This document shows positions 28,351-42,393 of a DNA stretch of 64,000 nucleotides, piece after piece. The stretch's first letter is position 1; every line of letters starts with the position of its first letter. The notes under the pieces were generated by a model that did no database searches, was not told where the DNA came from, and worked only from the letters and a program-made list of their open reading frames with translations. The stretch covers positions 186,188,001 through 186,252,000 of the forward strand of contig NC_058368.1 of assembly GCF_018350175.1 (NCBI RefSeq), read 5' to 3'. This DNA comes from Felis catus (Eukaryota). The position numbers and the translations under genes are program-made.

Positions 28351-31163
28351 AAAGAAAATGGAAGAGGGAATCAACAGTGAAGAATTACAGGTGGTGGTTT
28401 ATTAGGAATGCCTATCCCAATAATTTATTTAATATGGTACTGGCCATATTTTTCCTGGAAATGCTGTCTGCTGAAGAACTCAGAGTAATATTCACTAGGC
28501 CCTGTTCTGTGGACTTATAACTTATGACGGAGGTTTATTGCCTCCTTTAAGTTACTTTTTGTCTATTAATTCAGAGAGGCAGTCACTATATGGATACTAA
28601 ATGGACTAACATTAGTCATCATAATAAAGTATACCTTAAAACCCCACTTGGAAATAGTCCTGTTTGGAAATTGAAAATATTCTGGGCACCCTACATAACC
28701 ATCAGTGTGTACTCTTGGAATGGACAATGTTTCAACTCCTTGCCAATATGCCTGGGGCAACATTTTTGCTCCCTATCCTTCATTTTCATTCCCTAAATTC
28801 TTTAGAATAGTTGGCAACTTTCCCTAGCTGATATGTAGAGCTACTTAATTGTGGCTGCCTACAGCCACTATATCTGGATATGGGGTAGAAACTCACATTT
28901 CAAGATATCTAATCAATCCCTAATCCTTTCGTGTTTTCAGATTCAAAGTACTCAAATGATACAGGCATCTTCCAGGACAAAAATAAATAAAGAAAGAAAT
29001 AAATTTTATTGTGGCAGGGATTAATCTCATTTCCATTGAGAATTTCCCTCCTTTCTTCCTTATATTATAGGCAGTTTTTACTGGGAGAGGGTAACCTTTA
29101 GAGAAGAATATGATGGTTGTGCTGGAGAAATGGGTTTCTTTTGGTCTATATTAAGTCTTGAACAAGACTGTATAACCTGTAATAGCTTTGAGGCATCATA
29201 CTTCCTGTTCGCATGATAGTATTTTAGTTACATGAGACTAAACTATAGCACTCTTGGAGGAATATGACATCCACTTAGGATTTTGTTTTCTCTTAAATTT
29301 TCCAAAATGGCAGAGTTTCTCATCTCAGAAACACTACAACATTATTTTTCAAAGAACGAGTTCAGATTCTACCTGAAGAAAAGCACAATCATCTACAGAA
29401 AACATTTTTTAAAATATTCTACATTGGTTGTAGAATCAAGATGAGAAATAAAAACTATAAAAATTTCAAAAGTAACTGCACAAAAAATAAACTGCAGCTG
29501 TTCACTAATAACTTGATCTTTATAACTTGAGCATAATCTCAGTAGCTACATTTTATCTCAGGAACTTCTTGGCACTGATCAGAAGATGATTTATATACAA
29601 CAGGAAAAGATGAGAGTAGAAAGTTTCTAAACATGCTACAACATTCCTTTGGGTATCTAGGTTGGATTCATTAGACAAGCTGGCTTCAGGAACTGACTGG
29701 AGATCTCAGCCAGGAAAGGTTAAAAGGTGTTCTCTGTTCATTTTAACAATTCCTCTCGGGTTTTTGGTAACTGCTTTTTCTCAAAAATTCAACTGAACTA
29801 TGGAATGTCTGGATACAGTATTTCTGGGGAAATGGATTACATTATGCCAAAGTCTGAGCATCGGTTTCATACCTCACATTAAAAGCACCCGATAAAACTA
29901 CAGCAAATTCAGAGAGAAGGAACCCAGAGTCCAATTTCAAAAGACAATACTAAAGACCATTATCTGGCAACGTAAATATAACACCACTACCACCAACAAA
30001 AAGTACTGGATGAATCTAACCTTTTAAAGTGTTTTGGATATTGTCAGTAACTTAGAATCTTTCTATTCTGTCAAAAGCCACTGCATTGTCCTCTTAATAT
30101 CTCAGCCTCTTAATTTTTGCAATTCTGGCTGTTTAATATAAATATAAAATGTATGTGTTAGCTTCTGTTGAACATGAATAAAATGGTTGCTTCTGATATC
30201 ATCATCACACAGGATACAAATAATAATACAAATAATACAAAGTTGAATTTTGACAAAGAGGTAAACCATACTGCTTTCTCTACCCCCTAATCACCTAAAC
30301 TTTACAAAGTTACACAAAATTTCACAAAAGTCAATTTGCTTTTTTTCCGGAGCACTTAGTTTTCCACCTTTACTTATTTTGATGTAGAAAGAACCGTAAC
30401 CAAAGAACCTAAACTAATTCTCCAAGGAGTTAACACCATTTTGCCAGCTGTGCACATATCCAAGCCAGTCACCTTCCTTAGTCGGAGACGTTTGCATCTT
30501 AAAGCTGAGATCTCTTGCAATAATTGGGCTAAAAGAAGTCTAAAAGGTCTTATATAGCATAACAAATCCAAAATTGGGAAAATTAGGAAGTTAAGGAGAA
30601 AGTTTGCTTTGAAGCATAAGATTGTTTGTTAAATATTATGTTAGTGCTTTTAAAAAAGATTACCTTGAGAGAAAAACCCCAGTTATATTCCAGTTCCAAA
30701 TATTCATCTAAATGATATATTCAAGTAAAATATGAGAGAAGTAAATAAATAAAAACCCCAAATCTATAAGACTTACGGAAAAAGGAGAAAATCTTAACTA
30801 AATATTGCTTAAGGGTGTAGAAGGGATAAGTAAAGTACATTATCTACTCATCTAGCTATCTACTTCTCCCATCCACCTAGGTTTGTCACGTGATGAGTAT
30901 GCATTCACTCTCTTTCCTTTACCATCTTCATCTTTTTGGCTTAATGATGAAGTCTTTGAGAGGCATCCATCACCCTAGATGTTATTCATTGAGGTTAAAC
31001 CTAAGGCAAAATTAAGAAATTATATTATTTCTAGAAACTACTGTTACAGGGAGGGAGAGAGTCAAAAATGTTCTGTAATCCTTTCAAAATGTGCTTCAAC
31101 CAAGAAAGATATCATTCCTTTGGCACTATCTTTTTTGAGTTCCATTAAAAATGGTTTTACCCT

Positions 31164-31388
31164 GGGGCACCCGGGTGGCTCAGTCGGTTGAGCAGTTGAG
31201 CTGGCCTGCTCTGGAGTTTATTTAGTTCAGGTCATGATCTCACGGTTCTTGGGATGGAGCCCCGAGCTTTGGCTCTGCACTGACGGCACAGAGCATGCTT
31301 GAGATTCTCTCTCTCCCCCTCTCACTCTGACCTTCCTCTGCTTGCGCTCATGCTTTCTTTCTCTCAAAATAAATAAATAAACTTTAAG
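31164..31388 (+). mobile_element. Can-SINE
   Basis: ggggcacccgggtggctcagtcgg head; TSD-like aatggttttacc / aacggttttacc. Confidence 0.9.
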
Positions 31389-32052
31389 AAACGGTTTTAC
31401 CTTAATCAGTTTTCCAAGGAGTGAAATAAAATTGTTTATAGAAGAAAAGTTCTTTTGTAAGCAAGATGCTTAAGAAGCCTGTGAACAGGAAGAAGGGCAG
31501 CCCCTCAGCCTGGTGTTATGTTGCAGACAATAAACTGTAAACATCAGCCCTGTTCACCCTGGGATTTTGTCCTATTATTGATAAAATGTAGCCTATATAG
31601 AAGGCTGCGCAAAAGGAAAGGATGTCACTGGAAGGGCATTACCTATCCTTAAACACTGAAACCTCCCTTCAGAATTGAGTTTGGGATCTATGTTTATGGG
31701 TTGTTTTTGTCCCCCACCAAGAGTGCAGGGGGAACCAATGTGATAGAGTGGCCAAATTTTAACTCAGACGGTTGCAATTCAGGGGCTGCATCATTTAACG
31801 CTTTAGGAAGCTGGAGAAAATTCAGGTTTCATTAATATATTTTAATCATAGTCAATAAGGAGAAACCTTCAGAAGGTGAACTCAGAATGTGTTTGGTTTG
31901 GTCCTGATTTAAAGAGAGAAGAGGAATCTTGATTAATCAAGGAACATGTGAGCCTACCAATCTTCATAACACAGATTCCTCTCTTTTACCATCTTCTCTG
32001 TGTTCTTCTCCTTTACCTTCTCTATCCCTCTCACTTCCCTCTTCTTATTTTC

Positions 32053-32281
32053 ATTTTATTTACTTATTTACTTATTTACTTATTTACTTATTTACTTATT
32101 TATTTATTTATTTATTTATGAGAGGCAGGGAGGGGCAGAGGAGAGAGAGAGAAAGAAAGAAAATCTTAAGTAGGCTCCACGCTCAGCTCCTATGTGGGGC
32201 TCCATCCCACAACCATGAGATCATGACCTGAGCTGAAGTCAAGTGTGGGATGCTTAACTGACTGAGCCACCCAGGCTCCCC
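32053..32281 (-). mobile_element. Can-SINE with (TTTA/CTTA)n tail
   Basis: Reverse head ...gagccacccaggctcccc. Confidence 0.9.
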
Positions 32282-32626
32282 TCCTCTCCTTATTTTCAAT
32301 GCCCAATTTGCTCACCTTTCTTATCTAACCTTTTGTTTCTCATCTTGCCATTTTTTCTGTCTTTTACCTTCTCCCCTCCCCCAACGATTGTATTCTGTAA
32401 TGACCAGGCTTTGGGCAAGAGCCTTTCCAAAACATGCTTTAGTCCCTAGTTCAAAGAAGAAACAGCTCTCTATACCTTGCCCTCAAAAAAAGAGATTTTT
32501 AAATAAGAATGAATCCCACAATTTCTGACAGTTTTGTTTTGTATTTTCTGGCTACTGATTATTTCAAATTGAGTCTATTTAAAGGTTTCTTCATTAACTT
32601 TGTATTTAAAATATGAACATGGCCAA

Positions 32627-32851
32627 TGGTGTCTGGGTGGCTCAGTAGGATGAGCATCAGACTTCTGGCTAAGGTCATGATCTCACAGTTCCTAGGTTGG
32701 AGCTCCATGTCGGGCTGTGTGCTGACAGCTCGAAGCCTGGAGCCTGCTTCAGATTCTGTGTCTCCCTCTGTCTCTGCCCCTCCCTTGCTCATGCTGTGTC
32801 TCTCTCTGTCTCTCAAAAAATAAATAAACGTTAAAAATTTGTTTAAAAAAT
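32627..32851 (+). mobile_element. Can-SINE
   Basis: TSD aaaatatgaacatggccaa / aaaatataaacatggccaa. Confidence 0.92.
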
Positions 32852-32971
32852 AAAATATAAACATGGCCAACTTATTGTTCTCTTTTGCTCCTGACTAAAG
32901 TACATCCTATCATTAGAATTCCACACATTGTATCATTGTATTCCTTTTTATTTCTTCTATTACAAAAAGAT

Positions 32972-33028
<57 letters not shown>
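32972..33028. repeat. (GAAA)n tetranucleotide repeat
   Basis: About 14 units. Confidence 0.95.
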
Positions 33029-33030
<2 letters not shown>

Positions 33031-34657
33031 GTAAGAAAGAAGGAATGAATATCCCTTCCAGGGTATATTTCTTTATGTGATCCTATCATTTTCCCAGGAT
33101 TGCTCTCTGGGCTCTGAAAAGGTAGACTTTTTAAATAGTGTAACAATATCTGCAAACTGGTTTCTATCATCTAGATGAACCAAGCTACATATTTTGTTGC
33201 TTAGTTATTAGATCCACTGTGTGTGTCTCCAAAGAGTATTGCTATACCTTCGGATGGCAGTGTGTTTTTCTGAAAAACAGGTCATGATGAATTTGCACAT
33301 ACAAGAGTTTCTTACATTTGTCTCGAGTCTCAATTTATTACATTTCTATACCTTTGGAAGATACTCAGAATAAAATATTCCTGCCTTCTGCATATGTTCC
33401 TCTTCTTATAAAACCAGACTTTTGTCCTAATAGAGAAGAGAGTGGGCCCATTTCTCTTGCTAGAGATTATCTCATTGTGATCACAAAGCTATTAAGAGGA
33501 CTTTTACTCTCTTAGAAGCTAATGATAATCTTTCAAGTATTTCGTCTACACGGACTTTTCATCAGTGAAAATGGGTAGATAAAGAAGCAAATGGATCATG
33601 TGACAATAACAACAACAAAAGTACACTTTTGCAATGGAGATCTACTGGAATTTATGTCATACTTAGCACAAATCTATGGTAAAGAAATGAAATTAAAATA
33701 ACTACAGAGAAAATGCATTCAATAATTTCAGCTTATAGCATCCAGAAATCATGGGGGTAATGTTTTTCTAATTCTGTAGCTGATTGTGTCTTCGAAAATA
33801 TCTAAAAACTATGTTTAATATTTTAAAGTGTAGTTTTCTAAAGACAGAGAGACATTTTCAAAATGTACTTAAAAATATTGATGACTCAGGAGATACATGT
33901 AATAAACACATACCAGTATATCCCTTATGGCTAAAAACTGCACTCCAAGAAAATTAACAAAAATTAAGTGAGTCAGTATTAAAGTTTCCTCATAACTCTC
34001 AAGTTTATCAGATTTAATTACAGTACATTCCAGGATACATAAAATAGAAACAGAAGCAAAAATTTGAGCTACTTTTCAAATTGTTTGGTCTATCATATCC
34101 TTAAAATCACTGTTTCCAGGAATCATAAATATCAGAAAAGTCATCTTTAGTAAATATTAAAGCACATCCATTCTTTTAAATTTTCTTGAGTCCTTGAATT
34201 CTCTATTATCATAGCACATTTTATCAATTTCAACTAAAAAGAATATACCTCGACTACATTTGGCTAACTACTATTTCTGTTCTTTAAATACATGTCTATT
34301 TTTGTTATTAGGAGGCATTAAATCAGTATTAAAAGTAAATTCTAACAAAGTAGTAATGTTGCAGTGTGAATCAATGTAGTTGTTTCTGTTAACAAATCTA
34401 CCATTATCTCAGTTCTTGAAAATTAGCTTTTCAACTTATTCTTAGTCTACCTTATATGTCTTCGAGTTCTGTGTCTCTCCAAGACCCAGGTGTGCACATA
34501 AGAAGTAGATAAATGCTTCCTGCTTACACTATATTTGATTAAAGAGTTAACATACACATGTCTATAATAGTTAAGATATATAATTAAATGTCAATGAGCA
34601 GTCAGGGTCTATTACTTACACTCCAAACGACAATACAACCACACAGCTGATCATTAA

Positions 34658-34659
<2 letters not shown>

Positions 34660-34697
<38 letters not shown>
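34660..34697. repeat. (GT)n microsatellite inside a local tandem duplication
   Basis: About 19 units. Confidence 0.95.
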
Positions 34698-34699
<2 letters not shown>

Positions 34700-36362
34700 T
34701 ATACAGCCACACAGCTGATCATTAAAGGTGTGTGTGTATATATTTAAAAATCCTTTCACAAACTGAAAATTATGCACACCAAGCTGACAGAGGATACTCA
34801 TATTCATATGTTGAAGTATTACACGGGATTTCCTAAGCCAGAATGAAAACAACGTTTTCTAGATGCATTATAAAATTCTGCTGATTTAGTAAGGACTGGT
34901 GTCATGGAGCAGGAAGTAAACGAATCAGATGCATGCCCATTAGTACTTTAGAAAGTCTTTCTTTCTAAAAGTTATATCACTATCCTGTTTTTCTTTTTGT
35001 ACATTCATCCCCTACCTGCAGTCTTTGTAATTTATTTCAAATTTTATGATTTAAGGACAATTTTCCTGAAGCCAATTGAGATGTTTAGATATACACAAAC
35101 ATTACTGCAATACATCACATACACGGTTATGCACTCCATTTTCTTAACAATACATTTGTTCCTTAAGATTTTTTTTCTAAGAATGTAGAAAAGGAAAACT
35201 AGGTGGAATTCACACCTGAAAGATTTGTACAGCATGTGCAAGAATGAACGTTTGAAATTGACAAGAAAAAACACCTGGTAAGACCTCTGAGATATATTTG
35301 AGTTGTGTCTTTGACACAGCAGTTCCTCTTAAACCTCTGAGACACTAAGGCATTTGGCAGCCTCAAAACAGACCCATGATCCCCATCTATGTGATTACAC
35401 TATTCAAAATGTTAAAAAAAAATAGACTCTAAGTGCAGTCTACCATTCAGTTTTAAAATCAAAATTTGGATTCTTAAGCTTATTATTCGTATATGTTTGC
35501 TATCTAAGTAAAGAAGAGCTGACTTTCTTAATATTGCCACTTAATTGTAATTTAAATATTCCTGTTAAATAGTTGCTAGCAAATGCTTCAGAGAAAGTGT
35601 AGCATTAGCTATAGCTGGAAATCATAGATCCTCACCTTCGTTTCCTATGTGACTTTAAACAATAATTTATTTCCTTGCTTCCCTTGTTTTACTCTTAGAT
35701 CAATATTTTGTTTTGTTTCATTAGTCTTTGTTTAAATAAGATTGGTTAATTATCTTATTCAAAGGTTATTCAAATAAGTGTGTAATAGCTAGCACTATTT
35801 ACTCTTATTTTTATAAATATTGAATTATTAAGTGCTATTTTCTTCCTAAGTAGAAACTCATTAGTGTAACCAATTAATTGGTAAAGAAAGAAAAATATAT
35901 TTTTACTACAGAAAATTGAGATTTAAGTTCAAATGCATGGTTAAAAAAATTACCATCTATCACATTTACCTTTTATCCTAGAGTTGGTGCTAATCTAATG
36001 CAAAATAGTGGATCCATATGTAATATTCCAAAATAAATGTTAGAGCATTAGGCTCAGAGATAATCTACTTGAATTCAATGCAAACATAGCAATGCCAAAT
36101 GAAGTAGATGTAGCCTTTGGGCTGGAAGGGAGAAAATTATCTTCATGTTTCCCCTGGATAATCAAGTCATTGCACAGAAAACATTATGATTGACAAGCAA
36201 ATGTAACATTTTTAATGTAATTATGAGAAGTTTGTATCTGCCTTTTACTACATATAGGTATGTACACAGAACTACCTTAGTAAATTGAGTTAACACTGAG
36301 CCATCTATTAAAAATAGGATTAGTCCATTAAACTACATACTGCCATTCTTATTACTCTATCA

Positions 36363-36578
<216 letters not shown>

Positions 36579-39500
36579 TTAATCTAAATTATACATTTCT
36601 ATTAAAACCTTTTTCCGAGTAAACCTTTCCCTGGATATTCCTACCTTCTTTTCTATTGAATCTTAATTTGAAAATTCTTTTTGGTAAAGTAAAAAAAAAA
36701 AAAAAAAAAGTAAGACTTTAATTTTTACCATTTTCTCATATTTGTTCTCACAGATGGTAAGTTCTTTATTCTACTATTTCTTCTATGTAAGCAAAATAAC
36801 AGTAAATGTGTTTTGTCTCTTTACATGTATAAATTTCAGCACATATACAATGCTATAATGCATGTTTTCTCTGGGCAAGCAAGAATGTTAATGCATGCTA
36901 GGGAGAGAAAAAAAATCTGGCAAACCTCTTCCAAAATTAAAAAAAAATGTATTTATGAGCTATCAAATTAATAGTTTTGTTTTCATTTAATTAACATGCA
37001 GCATTAGTCTAAGATTTCACCTACCAACATAACCTTCCTTCAATCCACTTTATATATATGTGTATATATATATAATATATATATACACATATACATATAT
37101 ATATATATATTTGTCCTTCTGATGTTCTCTCAGGGTATTTAGATGAGACAAATAGTTAAAACTTGTTTCTTAGGATAATTATAGTTTCAAGGCAGTGTGT
37201 AATATCCATTCCCCTAAGGTTTATGAACCAATTTTTGTGACGTGTCTATTTAAAACTCTAATTGAATTTGTATCATTTCTGTCTTAAAAGTAAAAGATAC
37301 CTTGAAAAAGATATGTTCCAATATTCTTAATTTATGGTTTAGTAAACTGTAGTGTGGGATTAGATTTTGTTTAAGAAAACACAGCTATTTGTGAGCAGAG
37401 CTTAAACTCGAACTCAGTTTTCTTCAACTTTTAGTCTAAAACTTTAATTCTATTCTTCTATCCTGGAGTAATTTTTTCTATTTAAATCTTTTCATTTGCA
37501 AGTATAGTTCCTACCCCTTACCATTAATCTTTGAGTTTCAACCACATAGTGACCACAGTTCAAATGTTGTGTATTTCTTATATTAATCACATTATCATTT
37601 TTGCTCATTGAATCATATTCTATGTAATGATTAGGATGACACCTCCAAAAGCCTTTGAGAGAAGAGTTTTCTATCTTAGGGTGGATCACACTCACTGATA
37701 TATTTCAATAATAGCTCTGACCTTGAGTACAAGAAAAACGAGTTCAGAATGTAAACTAAGAAACACCACAAAAATATCACTTTCAAGCTTTCAACTTAAT
37801 ATGCTTTCGGCTTCACTCTTGTGTGTTTATATTACTGCTCAATGTAAAAAATTAGTAATTGAAACCAGGATACACTTATTTGACCAGAACAAGAAATATA
37901 ATCAAAGTAACATTTCAAAAACAAAGACTATTTTTTAAAAGGTAATTAATTTTATATTGGCAAAATTCAATGGACATTTTTCTGATAAAATTTGAATTTA
38001 ATAAAGCTATTAAAACTAAAAGCTCTTCATGATATTAAATATATGAAATATACCTCTATGAAACAATTTTTCATTCTCCTAAATTCAACATTATACCATA
38101 TAGATTGAGAGTTTACACTCCTTTGGCAAAATTAAACAAATTACTAGTTTTTTAAATCAAATTTTTACTGAGCTCTGTGTCTTCCAGGGTGTCTCATTAG
38201 TAGATAACACCAATAAAGCAAAAATAGTTGTCTGAATGCAATTATTTATAAAAACTCGTCACAAAACGAACTGCCATGTATGCATCTTTCAAGGATATTG
38301 GAAGGTCATCTTGATAAAGGTGGAAAAGAAATGCTAGTACACTTTAAGTTGTGAGGAAGGCCTGATCAAGGGGTCTAAGGAAGAAAGCATGAAATAAGAA
38401 GGGGGAAAGATGAGATGGGGTGACGTGACAGAGCACAATTAGATTGTTGATAGGATTCCTAGAATATGCGGTTGTCTATTACCTTTTACTGCATTTTCTT
38501 TGTGTTTAAGCTTATATCAAATTCAGGAAATGTTTTTATTTCTGGTTTTATCTTACAAATGCCATTTCCAGCAATTGTATTCATTGTCATACAAAAGCCA
38601 AAAGAGACTTTCCTTCCCTCCCAGAAAACTAGTTCTGCTATCCCAACTGGAATAGTAATCTTTATTTCATGGGATTTTTCTAATCAGGTTATTCTTTTAT
38701 CTCTACTTCTAATTTACCATGTCCAGTTGTAATTGTCAGAAAATAACCCCAGGATAAAGAACAAGATTATGTATTGCTCTTAAACACTTATGCCAATGTA
38801 AGGTTTCCTAAACTGAAAATATAATTCAAAAAGAAATGTCAGTTACAGTACCTGATTTTGATTCCATATGAACCACTATATAATAAAACGCTGTGCACTA
38901 ACTCCATCTACAGGTCATTACAATAGTAACACTTCTTATAATTTTTCAAAAGCAATGAATAACATTTAACTCCTCAGATTAAGAGTATCTGGTTATAGTG
39001 AATCTCCTCATTATCTGGTAAGTCATTATTTACCATACACAATAGCAGAAAATAAAAACAGACAACTTCCCAACTCAAAAAATCCTCCTAAATTCATATC
39101 TTTCCAGCCTAGTGCTTCTCTCCGCCTTAATTCATGAGAGTTCACTTTCCATTACATTTTGAAGAACCTTAGGTGTTTATAATACGTCTAAAACGTTCTT
39201 ATGGGCCATAGGAGTAGACTATGCAAGAAATATAAAAGCAGATAAAGAAAAATCTTTAGTTCTTCTTGGTTCTTTGGTCATTTATATCATTGCTTCTATA
39301 ATGTGTTTATATGCTTGATTTGATCACTAGTAAATATTTTGAATATGGTTAAGCACATTATTAAATTTTTATCATAACTCCTCTCCATAGCAGTTACGCT
39401 TAAATGGGAAAGTTCAATTTTACTTAATGTTCTCAAATAGTTGTTTGGCATATTCTACCTCAATCGATTACACAAATAATGGTTTCAAAACAATATGCAC

Positions 39501-39973
39501 ATGCATTTATAGAGACGTATGACTTTCAAATTACAAATATTATTTTAAACTTCCCACTTTCATATAGTCACAAGTTACTCTATGATCTTTACAACTGGCT
39601 AGAAATTTTCTTGTTGGAAAATCAATTCACATAGTACACAGACATTAATTGGAGTAACTTTTTCTATGAATTAGGAAACAACTTATTTTGTTCAGTTACA
39701 ACTGAACAGTAAAAAGTTCAATTTAAGATTTAAATGTTGAATGAATACATTCCTTTAACAAAAGCGTGTTAAGTGTATTCTAACTATCATGCAAATAAGA
39801 TGATTATTTTTTTCATACTGCTCTTCTTTATTCTTAGTTGGAATTTTATTGCAGTTAAGTTTTTTTGGATTCCCTTAGTCATGAATTCATCCAAGGACAA
39901 TTTTCTTCCCCCTGAAAGAATAAACAAAAAGTTACAGAAATTCTCATGCAGATTTAAAATAAAGTGCCCCCAC

Positions 39974-40047
39974 CTTCTTCCAGTCAATGTGCTCAGAAGG
40001 AGGGTCCAGGCCCAAAGATAGTCAGAGAGACCCGGACTTTTCTTCAT
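39974..40047 (-). CDS. GABRA1: GABA-A receptor alpha-1, first coding exon (signal peptide); the exon begins at 40062 with 15 nt of 5'UTR
   Basis: ATG at 40047-40045 reads [24 protein letters not shown](S), the GABRA1 signal peptide. Acceptor cttttcag|CTGCAC at 40063/40062; donor AAG|GTGGGG at 39974/39973; 74 coding nt. Confidence 0.97.
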
Positions 40048-42393
40048 CGCGGGCTTGTGCAGCTGAAAAGTAGAACAAGTAGAGATCAATGTCTCTTGCA
40101 AGAAACATCAGGTTATAACCACTAGGGCTGACTGAGGCAGTTCAGATGAATGCTTTGAAGTCAGGAAATGACCTCACTGGGATATGACACCTCATTGGAA
40201 GCAATGGAAACCTGGACCATCCATTCTCCACTTTCCCTTCCATTTCTCCATTCAGAAATATATCAGTGCCTTAATTTCTCCTGTAAAAGAATACAAGTTG
40301 AAATCCTTTCAGGTGACAATACTGCTCAACATGAAAACTGTGAGTTTTTTTTTTTCCTCCAGGTTTTATATTTCTAATATAGTTTGAATTACTCTCTTCT
40401 TGTTGTTTATCATTTGAGAATATTGACCTTTCTGATTTGAGTTTCCACGCCTGAACTGTGCATTGAAATTTGTAAGCTGGTGTCTATAATGGGGAGAACA
40501 TGCTTAGGAGCTGAAATGGGGTTGGTTAATATGCTTCAATGACTGACTTCATCTTTGAATTCTGGATTTACCTTGGTTTCAGAAGCAACTGTATTTATCT
40601 TTAAAAAAAACAACAACATAAGAAACACACTGTTGAATGCTGAAGTCGTGCTTATATTCTCTGCCTATGATTGCCTTGTTAAATATGCTCACTAATGCTT
40701 CTGTGAGGCTAAAGGACACACTTTACAGTCAAGCCATGTGCTAATCTCTCTCATACACACAAACCACACTCACATAAATGCATACAAACATGCCCACACA
40801 TATCTTTTAAGCCCTCTTGAATTCTGCCAGGTTGCTGCTAGAAAATGTTTCATCTCAGACAGATGGGAGCTAGAGTGCTTTGCTTTGCATGAATAAGGGA
40901 ATCTTTTTTTCCCTCTTAGGTAAAGTGCAATCAATCACCATCTGATTGTCGAATTTTAGACTTGATAGTGGGATGCTGGAGGAAAGGAGGAGTATGGAAA
41001 GCTTAGAGAATTTTGAAAAACTAGGACCTATTTGTGGAGACGATTTTTAAAAATCAGTGCACTACCTGGGTAAGAGCAGATGTGGCAACACTTTATTTAA
41101 TTTGCTACAATTAATGGCAGCTATAACATGAGAAATGTTAGAGGTATTTATTAGCCCTTCCCTGAATCTATACTCCTTAGTACCAGTGAGTGATTCATGG
41201 ATTGCATGTCTTTTAAAGCTTGTTTTTTTATTAAGCACTGTATAGTTTAATGTGGTATGCCTTTAAGTACATCTACACAAATGCTTTCCACACTCTTGGG
41301 GATCATTTATATCAGTAAAAACCATTACAAACAGGCATGTAAGCAATGAAACATAATTAATGTGTTTAGAGTGAAATGGTCTAGATCTAGAGATAAGAGC
41401 TGTGAGCTTCATAGTTTCTACTTAATTTAGTCACTGATTTTGGCACAGATGACAAGAATTATTGGATAAATATCATTATGTTAAAATATTGCATCTAAAT
41501 TGCAGTTATAATTCATTCTTGCATTAATCTTCAACATTTGTTATGAAGGAAAAACAATTTCTCTTATCCATTAATAATTGTTAGCCTTTGTAAAATAAAA
41601 TAAAAAATAAAAAATAAAAAAGGTGATTCCCGAAGGGGTAAATGAAACAAAACAAATCCCAAGGCATGGTACCATAGCTTTTTGTCCTCCTCTGGCATTT
41701 TAAAGAGAAAAACAAACCTATCATGGCACTTGAGTTGTTGAGTAAGAAAGTTTCTTGCAAATACAAACATAATAGTTTAAAAGAAATGCAAGCTGCCTCC
41801 TTACCCTTTTCCACCTTCAACCTCCCCCCTGCCAAACACACACCCTCCAAACACCTATATCCCGCACCACCCATATCAAATGATAAGTTGAGTTTTTTAT
41901 GTTCAGAACCAGAGAGACCCCTACACCAGAGGGCATTTTAGCAGCGTCCACTGGAAAGGAGAAAAGAGGCATTTTTGCAGCCAGAATGAGAAAGTGCCTT
42001 CCCAAGGATGGAACATTAACACAGGTTTTCTGTCCCAGCATCTTAACTTTAAACGATGCCCCCCAAAGCCCCTCCCCACCTCATCCCAGCTCCCTCTTGA
42101 AAAAAAAAAAAAAATCAAAACAACATGTCACCACCCACCCCGCGGAATAAATTCATATCTGCCTAAGAAAAGAAGAAAAGACAAGAAGAGGTACGGGGAG
42201 GGGGGGCGGATAATGCTTCTATATCGCTGCGGTTTTCACCCTGAAAGAAAAACATTCGTTGTTTCTACCTGCTATGGGATCAGGCTCTTGTCCTGTTCCC
42301 TCTTTCTCTTTTTTTTCTCTAGCATTCCCGTCTCTCCAGCTAGGAAAATCCACGTTCAAGGCTGTGCGTGTAGCGGTCCGAAGCCGCACTTAC

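Noticed and set aside
39787..40101. 104-aa ORF suggesting an N-terminally extended GABRA1
   Set aside because: Its start lies upstream of the 40062 acceptor, in the intron, and its tail reads through the donor. Only 40047-39974 is coding.
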